From Bradyrhizobium sp. (GTDB taxonomy: Bacteria > Pseudomonadota > Alphaproteobacteria > Rhizobiales > Xanthobacteraceae): DNA of 64,000 nt. Each line of letters begins with the position of its first letter. The stretch's first letter is position 1. The notes beneath the pieces are model-generated. The model saw nothing but the letters and a program-made list of their open reading frames with translations, searched no databases and had not been told where the DNA came from. The translations under genes were made by a program, and so were the position numbers. The DNA lies in NCBI RefSeq assembly GCF_035701725.1, contig NZ_DASSRP010000254.1, forward strand, positions 10,909 to 74,908, read 5' to 3'. This document shows, one piece after another, positions 1 through 9,473 of this stretch.

Positions 1-1
1 G

Positions 2-613
2 AAAGACTTGCCGGCGGATATTCTGGAGCAGTGGCGCAAGCTCGACCTGACGGCGGAGAAATTTCTAAAGCCGATCGGTCTGTCGATCCCGGCCGGCGAA
101 AAGGGCCGTCTCCTGATCGAGCAAATCTCGTCGCGCCCGACCTGCGACGTCAACGGCATTGTCGGCGGCTATATCGGTGAAGGCTCAAAGACCGTGATCC
201 CGGCCGAAGCCTCTGCCAAAGTCTCGTTCCGCCTGGTGGAGGGACAGGACCCGAACAAGATTCGCAATGCGTTCCGCGAATACGTCAAGGCGCGGTTGCC
301 TGGAGACTGCCGGGCCGAATTTACCGACCACTCCAACGCGCCGGCGGTGGCGCTCGACTGGAACATGAAGCCGCTGGCGGCGGCACGGCGCGCGCTCGCC
401 GAGGAATGGGGCAGGGACGCGGTGCTGATGGGGTCGGGCGCCTCGATCCCGATCGTGGCGGACTTCAAGCGCACGCTTGGTCTGGATTCGCTTCTGGTCG
501 GCTTTGCGCTCGACGATGACAATATTCATTCGCCGAATGAGAAGTACGACCTCAGAAGCTTCCACAAGGGCATTCGCTCCTGGACGAGAATTCTGGCCGC
601 GCTCGCGCACTAG
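2..613 (+). CDS. M20/M25/M40 family metallopeptidase (dipeptidase-like), 5' part outside window
   Basis: Open frame from window edge; dimerisation-domain segment (KTVIPAEASAKVSFRLV) and C-terminal HSPNEKY metal-ligand motif typical of M20 dipeptidases. Confidence 0.85.
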   Translation, partial: KDLPADILEQWRKLDLTAEKFLKPIGLSIPAGEKGRLLIEQISSRPTCDVNGIVGGYIGEGSKTVIPAEASAKVSFRLVEGQDPNKIRNAFREYVKARLPGDCRAEFTDHSNAPAVALDWNMKPLAAARRALAEEWGRDAVLMGSGASIPIVADFKRTLGLDSLLVGFALDDDNIHSPNEKYDLRSFHKGIRSWTRILAALAH

Positions 614-653
614 ATCCTTCCGGGTGCATAAAGTGCGGGGTGGCGCGCCAGAG

Positions 654-1061
654 CTATTGCTTGGCTGCGTCATCCGCGGTCCGCCGCATCACTTCCGCGG
701 CTTCCGGATGTCGGCGATAGTAGTCGCATGCTCCGGGTTTGGACGCGCGCTCAAGGCCCGCTTGTCTTGCGGCCTCCACCAGTTCTTCGTCTTCCTTCAA
801 ATCAAGGACCGCCTGTTCTCTGACACTGGCGAGATAACTGTCCCGGCTCCGGGTGCCGGCATCGCCGGGCAAGACCTTGCAGCCGACGGCAAAATAAATG
901 TCCTTGACGCGGCGTACGAACTTGGCGCGGCGCTCCAGATATTTCTGTTTGATTTTGACGGACAGGCCCTGTTTGGGCTGATCGGCTTGTTGCGCATTTG
1001 CTGCAGGCATGACGGCCGTTAACGCGATGGCGACGGCGACAATCCAGACGACCTTCTTCAT
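654..1061 (-). CDS. Hypothetical exported protein
   Basis: ATG at 1061 gives MKKVVWIVAVAIALTAVMPAANAQQ, a classic signal peptide with A-x-A cleavage; two Cys in mature part; no family recognised. Confidence 0.65.
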   Translation of the reverse strand: MKKVVWIVAVAIALTAVMPAANAQQADQPKQGLSVKIKQKYLERRAKFVRRVKDIYFAVGCKVLPGDAGTRSRDSYLASVREQAVLDLKEDEELVEAARQAGLERASKPGACDYYRRHPEAAEVMRRTADDAAKQ

Positions 1062-1163
1062 GATTTTTCCCCGCAAACCCCGCGACATCTAATCGCAAGC
1101 CATTCGGGGCGGCAATACGCACTGCAATATGTGCGGCGGAGCAATAGGGCGACGACCTGACGT

Positions 1164-1193
1164 AAAAACGCCGCCCGGAATTGAGCGGCGTTT
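1164..1193 (-). terminator. Rho-independent terminator of the class II aldolase gene
   Basis: 9-bp stem AAACGCCGC (1166-1174)/GCGGCGTTT (1185-1193); reads stem-loop + TTTTT on the minus strand, ~55 bp after stop at 1249. Confidence 0.6.
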
Positions 1194-1248
1194 GATCTCA
1201 GGTGTGTAGAGGTATGTGGAAAGACCCTACACCGGATCGTCTCATCTT

Positions 1249-2028
1249 TCAATTCTTGTAGCTAGGGTCCAATCGGTCGAGCTTGCGCAGCAGCGGCGGC
1301 CAGACCAGCGTGGTCGAACGCAATTCGGCGCGTTCTGGATTGTCGAGCAGCCGGGTGTTCTTGTCGATCACATCAGGATCGACCGGGTAGGCAGTCGGTC
1401 CCAGCATCCGCGTGCGCACCTGCATGGTGCAGGCGCGTTCCAGGTGGAACATGCGTTCAAAGGCCGAGGCAACCGAGCGGCCGACGGTCAGCGTTCCGTG
1501 ATTGCGGAGCAGCATGTGGTTCTTGTTGCCGAGATCGCGCTGCAAGCGCGGGCGTTCGTCGTGATCGAGCGCAATGCCCTCATAATCGTGATAGGCAAGA
1601 TCGAAAGTGACGAGCTGCGCGGTCTGATTGAGCGGCAGCAGGCCTTCCGCGCAACTGGCGACCGCCGTGCCGTCCGGCGTGTGCAGATGGATCACGCAGC
1701 CGGCATCCTCGCGAACTTCGTGGATCGCCGAGTGAATGGTGAAACCGGCCGGATTGATATGGTACGGCGTCTTGCTCAGCAGGTTGCCGTCGAGGTCGAC
1801 CTTGACCAGGCTGGAAGCCGTGATCTCGTCGAACATCAATCCGTAGGGATTGATCAGGAAGTGATGCTCGGGCCCGGGTACCCGCGCGGAGATGTGGGTG
1901 TCGACCAGGTCGTCCCAGCCGTAGTAGGCGATCAAGCGGTAACAGGCCGCAAGATTGACGCGCTGGCTCCACTCGGCCTCCGTCATTCCCGACGGCACTT
2001 CCTTCAGACGAGCTTCCGCTGGCGACAT
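1249..2028 (-). CDS. Class II aldolase/adducin family protein
   Basis: Motifs DTHISAR, GFTIHSAIH, VIHLHT (HxH Zn ligands), LLRNHG. Confidence 0.92.
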   Translation of the reverse strand: MSPAEARLKEVPSGMTEAEWSQRVNLAACYRLIAYYGWDDLVDTHISARVPGPEHHFLINPYGLMFDEITASSLVKVDLDGNLLSKTPYHINPAGFTIHSAIHEVREDAGCVIHLHTPDGTAVASCAEGLLPLNQTAQLVTFDLAYHDYEGIALDHDERPRLQRDLGNKNHMLLRNHGTLTVGRSVASAFERMFHLERACTMQVRTRMLGPTAYPVDPDVIDKNTRLLDNPERAELRSTTLVWPPLLRKLDRLDPSYKN

Positions 2029-2131
2029 GAGGCTTTCTCCCAGTAATAAATGATTGAGATGAGCCTATTCCGCGCGCCAAGGAGCGACAAGCTGCGCTGC
2101 GGATGTGGCAGTCATGCTTTGGGACAGGCCA

Positions 2132-3781
2132 TTACGGCGGGGGGATCGCCAACAGGCTCGAGATACTGCGGCCGCGGATGTCGTAGACGCGCGCGAACAC
2201 CACATCGTCGCGCTTGATCTCGACCATGACCGGCGCCGTCAGGCCCTTGCAGTAGAACTCACCGAGCGTCATGGCGAAGTCGGCGGCGTGGCTGTCGCCG
2301 GTAATGGTGAAGTCGGGTCCCAGGGCGACCTGGGCCGGACGGTGCGGACCGCACACCGCGACTTTCCATTTGTGTCCCGGCGCGGGAGTTTCGTGCTTTT
2401 CCTCGAGCTGCTCGCGCAGGCCGTCGGAGGCTTGCTTGAACGCCAGTCCCCAGTAATCCAGCATATAGCGGTCGTCGGCGCCGCGCACGGTGCCGGCGAT
2501 GTGGTTGAAATGCGTGTACTGATACGGATGCAGCCTGATCATTTCGCCCAGCGGCAGCATCAGGCCGAACACGAACACAGCTAAGGCCACCGGCTGCCAG
2601 CTGCGGCGATTGTCCTTGAGCCAGTCCATTCCGCGCGCGAAGGCAAGACCAGCCAGCACGGTCATCGGCGGAATCACAAAGATGAAGTGGCGGATGCCGT
2701 TATAGAGCGCCGGGCGCTTGAGGATTGCGATCGCAATCGGCAGCACCGCGGCCAGCGTCAGCATCAGCAGGATCGCCTTGCGACGCGCCGGCACGTCGCT
2801 TCGCGGCAGCGAAGCAATGCTGGCGATAATCGATGCCGTCATCAATGCCAGCAGAATCTCCGGAAGCTGCAACGCAAATAGCGTCGGCAGGTACGACCAG
2901 GGCATGTCGGGCACCGAGAAGATGGCGCCGTCAAACATCTCCTTCCAGGGCTTTTCGAAGAACTGCGAGAAATAGGTGGCGGCCTGGAGCGGATGATCGA
3001 ATTCGATGATCGACCACGGCCAGATCAAGCCCATCACGAGATAGCTGAGGAGCAAGCCGGGAAGCAGCGCATGGGCCATTCGGACAAATCGGCGGGCCGC
3101 TTCGCGTGCGCCATGATTGTGGACTTCGTCGATCAGCATCGGAAGGAAACCGATCACGGCATAAAACAGCGCCAGCGTGCCGAGGATGCGCGAGCCGATC
3201 GAGAGGCCTGCGCCAAGGCCGACGATCAGCACCGTCCGCGGCGACGGATAAGGATATTCTTCCACGAGCCGAACAAGACCGAGCATCAGGATCACCATCG
3301 CGACGGCGAACGGCGCATCCTTCGGGTTCATGAACATGTGGCCATAGAAGGTCGGACACAGCGCGAGAAGCAGCAGCGCTGCAAGTCCGGCCAGCGGACC
3401 GCCGACTCTGCGGCCAAGCCGCCACGTTACGGCAAGGCCGATGATGCCGACGACGGCACCGACAAGCCGCCGCGTTTCGAACAATTCGAGCGGAATGACC
3501 TTGTGCAGCAGCGCGGCGGCCATATCGAAACCGCCGCCGTACATGTAGAGATTGACAAAGGAAAGCGCTGCGGTGTCCTTGAACCCCGAGCCATACATCC
3601 GCAGCAACAGATCGGCATATTCGGCGTGGGTGTAGTCGTCCCAGCCGAGGCCGTAGTCGCGGAATGTGAAGCCTGCGACCAGCGAGACGACGACCAGAAC
3701 CAGCACCGCAGCGTCGTCGCACGTTCGCTCGATCGAGCGCCGAGAAGGCGTATCGACTGCCGAGGTCGTAATGGAAGTCAT
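2132..3781 (-). CDS. GT-C fold glycosyltransferase (family 39/ArnT-PMT-like), polytopic membrane protein
   Basis: 549 aa, many hydrophobic helices, acidic WDDY motif in first loop, NPKD and YNGIRHF segments typical of PMT_2/ArnT-like proteins. Confidence 0.75.
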   Translation of the reverse strand: MTSITTSAVDTPSRRSIERTCDDAAVLVLVVVSLVAGFTFRDYGLGWDDYTHAEYADLLLRMYGSGFKDTAALSFVNLYMYGGGFDMAAALLHKVIPLELFETRRLVGAVVGIIGLAVTWRLGRRVGGPLAGLAALLLLALCPTFYGHMFMNPKDAPFAVAMVILMLGLVRLVEEYPYPSPRTVLIVGLGAGLSIGSRILGTLALFYAVIGFLPMLIDEVHNHGAREAARRFVRMAHALLPGLLLSYLVMGLIWPWSIIEFDHPLQAATYFSQFFEKPWKEMFDGAIFSVPDMPWSYLPTLFALQLPEILLALMTASIIASIASLPRSDVPARRKAILLMLTLAAVLPIAIAILKRPALYNGIRHFIFVIPPMTVLAGLAFARGMDWLKDNRRSWQPVALAVFVFGLMLPLGEMIRLHPYQYTHFNHIAGTVRGADDRYMLDYWGLAFKQASDGLREQLEEKHETPAPGHKWKVAVCGPHRPAQVALGPDFTITGDSHAADFAMTLGEFYCKGLTAPVMVEIKRDDVVFARVYDIRGRSISSLLAIPPP

Positions 3782-3915
3782 GACGATCGGATACCCGGTG
3801 TCCCTTGGCCCACTTAGCGCATTTGGGCCTCATCCCCTGGCATCCATATAGCGCAGTTCCATTGCCAAGTAATTGGCAATTGTGGCGTAATTCGCTTACT
3901 GCAACGCAGCGGAAG

Positions 3916-3943
3916 GGAACGCTTGGCGCTTAACCATGGTTCC
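3916..3943. promoter_or_regulatory. Overlapping bidirectional sigma-EcfG (RpoE2-type) promoter
   Basis: Minus strand GGAAC-N17-CGTT facing the GT39 gene; plus strand GGAAC-N17-GGTT facing the 4070 gene. Confidence 0.55.
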
Positions 3944-4069
3944 AACGATACACAGGTCCCGGATTTGCCTGGTTAATTGCCGGTTGGCGGGGCCAGCAAT
4001 ATGACGGTATCGTGGCATTGGGGCTGAAGAGGCCGCGCGATGGTGGAGCGCGGCTCAGGGGTAGGTTTG

Positions 4070-4909
4070 ATGTCGATTGGCATGTTGGTAGCCGGGATAG
4101 CCTGCCTGCTGGCGGGCCTCCTCGCGATCGGTTTCGGAGTCCCGATCAACGAGTTCGGCCTCGGCAATACTCTGATCGTGGCGGGTACGGTTGGCGCCTG
4201 TACCGGATTGATCATTCTCAGCCTGTGGGTTGTGGTCAGAGAATTGAAAGGCATGGCCGCGCGCCTTGGTGCCGGTGCGCTTCCCGATCTCGGCCGGCCG
4301 CAGGCACCGGCGGCATTGCCGCGCCCTCTGGCCGCAGATTCCGCCGCCCATGAGCCAGACCTCGGAGAAACGGCCGGTGGGGCTCCGCCGATGCCGTCCG
4401 AGCCTTGGCTCGAAGAGGCAGCTCAGCGGGGGCGGCAGGACACGCCGCCCGCGCTACCACCCGAATCACAACCGGCGAAGCAGCGGCGCAACTTGATGTT
4501 TTCCTCGACGTCGCGTCGCGAACGCGAGCGCGCCCAAGCGCGTTCCGGCGAGCAGGCCGCCAATGAACCTCGCCCGGCACCGCCGGTGGCACCTGCCGAG
4601 ATTGACGAGCCCGCGCCCGCGACCTTCGATGACGCGTGGCCGAAATCGGAACGCTCAAGGCCTTCCGAGGTGCCGGCCCAGCGGCGGCCTGCGCGCATGC
4701 CATCCGCCGCCTCCAGCGAAACGGCAGCTGCGCGTCAGACACCGCCCGCCGCGGATCAGGCGGCCGTGACGGTGCTCAAATCGGGCGTCGTCGATGGAAT
4801 GGCCTATTCATTGTACTCGGATGGATCGATCGAAGCCCAGATGCCAGAGGGCATGATGCGCTTTGCGTCGATCGACGAGCTGCGGGCTCACCTCGATCAG
4901 CGACCGTGA
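4070..4909 (+). CDS. Conserved hypothetical membrane protein (2 N-terminal TM helices, Pro/Ala-rich linker, small C-terminal domain)
   Basis: Hydrophobic N-terminus, low-complexity middle, globular-looking end VLKSGVVDGMAYSLYSDGSIEAQMPEG. Start 4070 preferred over 4040. Confidence 0.75.
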   Translation: MSIGMLVAGIACLLAGLLAIGFGVPINEFGLGNTLIVAGTVGACTGLIILSLWVVVRELKGMAARLGAGALPDLGRPQAPAALPRPLAADSAAHEPDLGETAGGAPPMPSEPWLEEAAQRGRQDTPPALPPESQPAKQRRNLMFSSTSRRERERAQARSGEQAANEPRPAPPVAPAEIDEPAPATFDDAWPKSERSRPSEVPAQRRPARMPSAASSETAAARQTPPAADQAAVTVLKSGVVDGMAYSLYSDGSIEAQMPEGMMRFASIDELRAHLDQRP

Positions 4910-5080
4910 GGAGGCAAGTAGCGGCGTGGAAAATCGCATGCGCCGTTCTTGTTTCCAGCTAGTGTCCCGATTCCGAAGCTCGTATCATCTGGCCGGCGGT
5001 CCGTGGCTGCGACGACGCTGGCTCTTGCAGAGTTGCGTGGAGATGACGTGAGCGATGAAACTCTTGAGAAGGTTTTGGCT

Positions 5081-5494
5081 ATGACCGACGCCACGGGCAA
5101 GAATTTCATCGATCTGACTGCGAACATCGTCTCGGCCTATCTCAGCAACAATCCGACGCCCGCTTCTGAAATTCCGGGCCTGATCAACCAGATTCACGCC
5201 GCGCTGGTTCGCGTTTCAACGGGGCGCGCCGAAACGGCTGCGGAACCCGCAAAGCCCGCGGTTTCCGTCAAGAAATCGATGACGCCTGATTACCTGGTGT
5301 GTCTGGAGGACGGCAAGCGTTTCAAGTCGCTGAAGCGGCACCTGCGCTCGCAGTACAATATGACGCCTGAACAGTACCGGGAAAAATGGGGCCTGCCGCC
5401 GGATTATCCGATGGTCGCGCCGAACTACGCGGTCGCCCGTTCTCAGCTTGCCAAGAAGATGGGGCTTGGTCAGCAGCGCAAGCGGCGGAAGTAG
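5081..5494 (+). CDS. mucR: Ros/MucR family transcriptional regulator
   Basis: LTANIVSAYLSNN, PAVSVKKS, CLEDGKRFKSLKRHL, YREKWGLPPDYPMVAPNY; ATG 5081 preceded by GAGAAGG. Confidence 0.95.
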   Translation: MTDATGKNFIDLTANIVSAYLSNNPTPASEIPGLINQIHAALVRVSTGRAETAAEPAKPAVSVKKSMTPDYLVCLEDGKRFKSLKRHLRSQYNMTPEQYREKWGLPPDYPMVAPNYAVARSQLAKKMGLGQQRKRRK

Positions 5495-5497
5495 GTT

Positions 5498-5932
5498 TCA
5501 AGTTCCAACGGCGGCCAGCGTCTCGCGGGCGTCGCTGCGGATGCGTTCGACCATCGCGCGCAGGCCGTTTGAGCGTTGCTGCGTCAAATGCTCGCGGAAC
5601 CCGAATTCGTCGAACACTGCGGCTGCATCGGTGTCGAGGATTTGCTGCGGTGTGTGGCCGGAATACAGCGTAAGCAGGATCGCGATCAGGCCACGCACGA
5701 TATGGGCGTCGCTGTCACCCAGATATTTCAGCAGCACGTCGCCCTTGCCGTTACGCGCGATGCTCTTGGAAAGCCAAACCTGGCTGGCGCACCCCTGCAC
5801 CTTGTTGGTGGAGGAATGTTCGGCCTCAGGCATCGGCTCCAGCGTCCGGCCGAGTTCGATGACGTACCGGTAGCGGTCGTCCCAGTCTTCCAAAAGCTCG
5901 AAATTTTCCCGGATCTCGTCAATTGTCGTCAT
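5498..5932 (-). CDS. sufE: SufE family Fe-S sulfur-transfer protein
   Basis: DWDDRYRYVIELG, VQGCASQVW (active Cys), GDSDAHIVRGL, HLTQQRSNGL. Confidence 0.92.
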   Translation of the reverse strand: MTTIDEIRENFELLEDWDDRYRYVIELGRTLEPMPEAEHSSTNKVQGCASQVWLSKSIARNGKGDVLLKYLGDSDAHIVRGLIAILLTLYSGHTPQQILDTDAAAVFDEFGFREHLTQQRSNGLRAMVERIRSDARETLAAVGT

Positions 5933-6024
5933 GATCGCGCTCAGTGTTCAATCCCCTATATAGGGGTGAAATCGACCGAAAGCGATATCGCCCGATTGAG
6001 GATGTTCCCGCTTTCGCCGGCGAT

Positions 6025-6471
6025 CTACGGTGACGGCGACGGCGGCGATGGACCCTGCCATTCGATCTGCATGTCGTTGGCCGTCAGCGTGTCGTGCGCG
6101 ACCTCAGGTCCTGCAGCATTGGCATTTTCGAGGCCGCCGATCGAACCAGTGTGATCGGGCGCACGCTTGTCGGACTTGTCCGGTTTGTCGGGCTTCTCGG
6201 CCTTCTCAGGTTTGTCGGTGATAATCTGATAGAGCTTTCGCGCGCCGCCCTGGGCACGCTGACCGATCACGCTCGCAGCCTGGCCGCCGACCTCGCAAGC
6301 CGCCGGCTGACGCTTGCAGAACTGTCCCATGTCGGAAATCGCAGCCGTCGCCGCCGAGACCGCTTCGGACGCGTTGATTTGCGGCGCCTTGTCCGTCTCG
6401 GGGGTCTTGTCCCGCGGCAACAGGACGAGCACCAGTCCAATCCAGAACGTCAAGCGAAGCAGAAAAAACAT
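6025..6471 (-). CDS. DUF5330-like membrane-anchored hypothetical protein
   Basis: ATG 6471 gives MFFLLRLTFWIGLVLVLLP, then FCKRQPAACEVG; the longer ORF start at 6711 is unlikely. Confidence 0.7.
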   Translation of the reverse strand: MFFLLRLTFWIGLVLVLLPRDKTPETDKAPQINASEAVSAATAAISDMGQFCKRQPAACEVGGQAASVIGQRAQGGARKLYQIITDKPEKAEKPDKPDKSDKRAPDHTGSIGGLENANAAGPEVAHDTLTANDMQIEWQGPSPPSPSP

Positions 6472-6787
6472 CTTGCTACTCCGGCCGCCTTCTTTTTTCC
6501 CGTCGCTTTTAGACCTTGAAGATCGACCCCTTATAGTTGTCGATAAATCGCAACTGTTTGCATTGAAGTTAAATCGGCGGGAATTCGCGAAAAAATCGTG
6601 GGAAACGATTCGGCGTAAATTTTCGATTGATGCCGATTCGCTCCTCGGCCGATCCGATGCACCATTTCGAAACCATATCCACGGGTGTGGAGGAAACCTG
6701 CCGTTCACCATTCGCGTTGATAGGCCGGCGCTTCAGAGGCCGAAAGCGCCGTGGAGATACGGTCTTTGGCCGCAATCTCCCGCCGCC

Positions 6788-6802
6788 TTAGCGTTCGTTT
6801 AA
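6788..6802. promoter_or_regulatory. CtrA-like box upstream of divJ (1 mismatch)
   Basis: TTAG-cgttcgt-TTAA vs TTAA-N7-TTAA, 80 bp upstream of GTG 6883. Confidence 0.4.
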
Positions 6803-6882
6803 GGTCGCTCTGACAGGTTGCGACCACGACAAGGGGGACGGGTCCGGGGCGTCTGTTCGACGCGCAGGCGAAAAGCGAAGCT

Positions 6883-8715
6883 GTGAGTGTTCTGAGTACC
6901 ATTCGCGATTGCCTAGATGCGCTGCTGCACCCGTCAGCGCGCTACGATGTGCTCGCACGCGCCCGCCATCGGGCTTTCATCGCCCCGCGGCTGCTGGGAA
7001 GCCTGACCGCCTTTGCGGCATTTCCGGTCTACCTCGCCATGCATGGCGCACCGACCGCGTTTGCGGTCGCTGCCTTTGCCTGGTTGATCGTGCCGATTCT
7101 GCTGTCCTGGTTCCTGTCTCGCACCGGCCGCTATGAGGGCGCTTGTCTGCTGTCCTCACTTGCCTTTGCCGGCTTGATCATGACGCTTGCCTCGGTCACC
7201 GGCGGGATCGGCTCCTTTGCGGCAATCTGGCTGGTCGTCGTGCCGATGGAGGCTGCGAATTCGGCCTCGCGCCGCGTGGTGGCGTTTGCCTGCGCGCTGG
7301 CTTTGGTCTGCGTCGCGCTGTTGATCGTTCTCAGCCATTTCCAAGTACTGCCGGAGGCCGATGTGGGCGCCGACTTGCGCGCCGTGCTGACCGCATTCGC
7401 CGTCGCATCGGCGACGCTCTATGCCGCAGGCCTCGCATTCGGTGCCGAACTGCTGGCGCGCACCAGCGCTTCGTTGCTTTATACCGAGGAAGAGCGCTAT
7501 CGGCTTTTGGCGCACAATATGAGCGATGTGATCTCCCGCCATCACCGCAACGGCGCAGTCCGCTTCATATCGCCGGCGGCAGAGATGCTGTTGGGAACGC
7601 CGGCCTCCGGTTTGATCGGTTATGGCCTGTTTGACCGGGTTCATGTCGCCGATCGTCCGGCCTATCTCACGGCGCTTTCGGAAGCCGCGCGCGGCGGTGT
7701 TGCGCAAAGCGTCGAGTTCCGCCTCAGGCGGGATGCCCCACGCGGCCGCGAGGGCGGACAAGCCGGTCAGGTAAACTTCATCTGGGTCGAAATGCGGTGC
7801 CGTCCGCTGGAACAAGTCACGACCTCAAAACCATCCGAGTCGGAAGTCGTTGCCGTAATGCGCGACGTCACCGATCGGAAAAACCAGGAGCACGCACTGG
7901 ATCTGGCGCGAACGGCAGCGGAGCGGGCCGATGCGTCGAAGACCCGCTTCCTGGCCACTATGAGCCATGAACTGCGCACGCCGCTGAACGCGATCATCGG
8001 CTTCTCCGAAATGATCATGCAGGAAGACACCTTGATGCTGGATGCGGCACGCCGCAGGGAGTACGCCCAGCTCATCAACGATTCCGGCCAGCATCTGCTG
8101 TCGGTTGTCAATGGCATCCTCGATATGTCGAAAATGGAATCCGGCAATTTCGAAATCATGCCGGAGCCTTTCTCGCCGAGGGCCGCCCTCACCAACTGCT
8201 GCAGCCTTCTGGCCTTGAAGGCCCGCGAGAGCGGGATCGACCTGGTCACCCGGGCCGCGGATGATTTGCCGGTCATGATCGGTGACCCCCGCGCATTCAA
8301 GCAGATCGTGCTCAACCTCGTTTCCAATGCCGTCAAATTCACCGAGCGCGGCGGCACCGTGACGGTGTCCGCCAGTATTGACGGTGGTCGCCTCGTGGTT
8401 CGCGTCGCCGATACCGGCGTTGGCATCACGGCCGACGATCTCAAGCGGATCGGCGATCCCTTCTTTCAGGCGGGCACGACCTATCAGCGCCGGCACGAAG
8501 GCACCGGACTTGGGCTGTCGATCGTCAAGACTCTCGTCGCATTGCATGGTGGTGAGATGACCGTGCAGAGCAAGATCGACGAGGGCACCACGGTTACGGT
8601 GACGCTGCCATTGACGCCGCAGGCGGCCCAACCCAACAGCAATGTCGCGACGCTCGCCCCCATGGTGCGACCCGCCACGGCAGAACAAGCGCTTCAGGTG
8701 AAGAAAAGTGCCTAG
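6883..8715 (+). CDS. divJ: PAS-domain sensor histidine kinase, DivJ-type
   Basis: ~6 TM helices, PAS, H-box FLATMSHELRTPLNAIIGFSE, N/G boxes; position next to mucR/sufE matches rhizobial divJ context. Confidence 0.8.
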   Translation: MSVLSTIRDCLDALLHPSARYDVLARARHRAFIAPRLLGSLTAFAAFPVYLAMHGAPTAFAVAAFAWLIVPILLSWFLSRTGRYEGACLLSSLAFAGLIMTLASVTGGIGSFAAIWLVVVPMEAANSASRRVVAFACALALVCVALLIVLSHFQVLPEADVGADLRAVLTAFAVASATLYAAGLAFGAELLARTSASLLYTEEERYRLLAHNMSDVISRHHRNGAVRFISPAAEMLLGTPASGLIGYGLFDRVHVADRPAYLTALSEAARGGVAQSVEFRLRRDAPRGREGGQAGQVNFIWVEMRCRPLEQVTTSKPSESEVVAVMRDVTDRKNQEHALDLARTAAERADASKTRFLATMSHELRTPLNAIIGFSEMIMQEDTLMLDAARRREYAQLINDSGQHLLSVVNGILDMSKMESGNFEIMPEPFSPRAALTNCCSLLALKARESGIDLVTRAADDLPVMIGDPRAFKQIVLNLVSNAVKFTERGGTVTVSASIDGGRLVVRVADTGVGITADDLKRIGDPFFQAGTTYQRRHEGTGLGLSIVKTLVALHGGEMTVQSKIDEGTTVTVTLPLTPQAAQPNSNVATLAPMVRPATAEQALQVKKSA

Positions 8716-9361
8716 GAAACCGAACCTCGACGATGAAATGCCGCGCCGCCGCCGTGCAAAGCAAGCCGCACCCGAGCCGGATTCCGAGCATGGCCTTGCC
8801 ATGCGCATTTTTCTCCACAGTCCGAAGGATGTGATTGCGGGCGCGCTCGCGTTCGTCGCCATCTGCGCAATTCTGATCAATGCGCTGTTCATGCAAGCCG
8901 GACGTCACCCGGCGCCGATGTTCGGCACGGTCGTTACTTTGCCGGCCGTTGCTTCGGTCCCGGCCAATCCGATGCCGCGGCCGCGGCCCGCCGAGGCCGA
9001 TGTGTCGCCGCCCGAACCGCGCCCCGCCGATCCGAAGGCCGCCGACGCCCTGACCAACCTCGTCAAGACGACGAGCACCGTACAGCCTGCGAACGCCAAT
9101 ATTCCGCGGCCGCCGATGACGGTGCCGGTATCTTCCCACGCCGAGAGCGTGCCGCTTTCCGGGCCGCACCGCGTGGCGGCGGTGCAGCGCGCGCTGACCG
9201 AGTATGGCTACGGCCAGCTAAAGCCGACGGGCGTCGCCGGAGCCGACACCCAGGCCGCGATTCAGAAGTTCGAAAGAACACGGAAGCTTCCGGTCACCGG
9301 ACAAGTGTCCGATCGCCTGGTGCGTGAACTGGCTGCGATGATCGGGCATCCGATCGAGTAG
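8708..9361 (+). CDS. Membrane-anchored peptidoglycan-binding (PG_binding_1) protein
   Basis: One TM helix, Pro-rich linker, C-terminal VQRAL..YGY..L..TG..G..TQAAI.KFE......VTG motif; start overlaps divJ stop. Confidence 0.85.
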   Translation: MPRKPNLDDEMPRRRRAKQAAPEPDSEHGLAMRIFLHSPKDVIAGALAFVAICAILINALFMQAGRHPAPMFGTVVTLPAVASVPANPMPRPRPAEADVSPPEPRPADPKAADALTNLVKTTSTVQPANANIPRPPMTVPVSSHAESVPLSGPHRVAAVQRALTEYGYGQLKPTGVAGADTQAAIQKFERTRKLPVTGQVSDRLVRELAAMIGHPIE

Positions 9362-9473
9362 CTCTGAATGGTTTGGTGACGCTCAACATCACCGATTGGT
9401 CTTCTCCTTTCAAGCTGACCGGGCGAGTGTCGTTGCACTAGCTTCGTGGCATCGGCTGGCCTATCGTCGGTTC

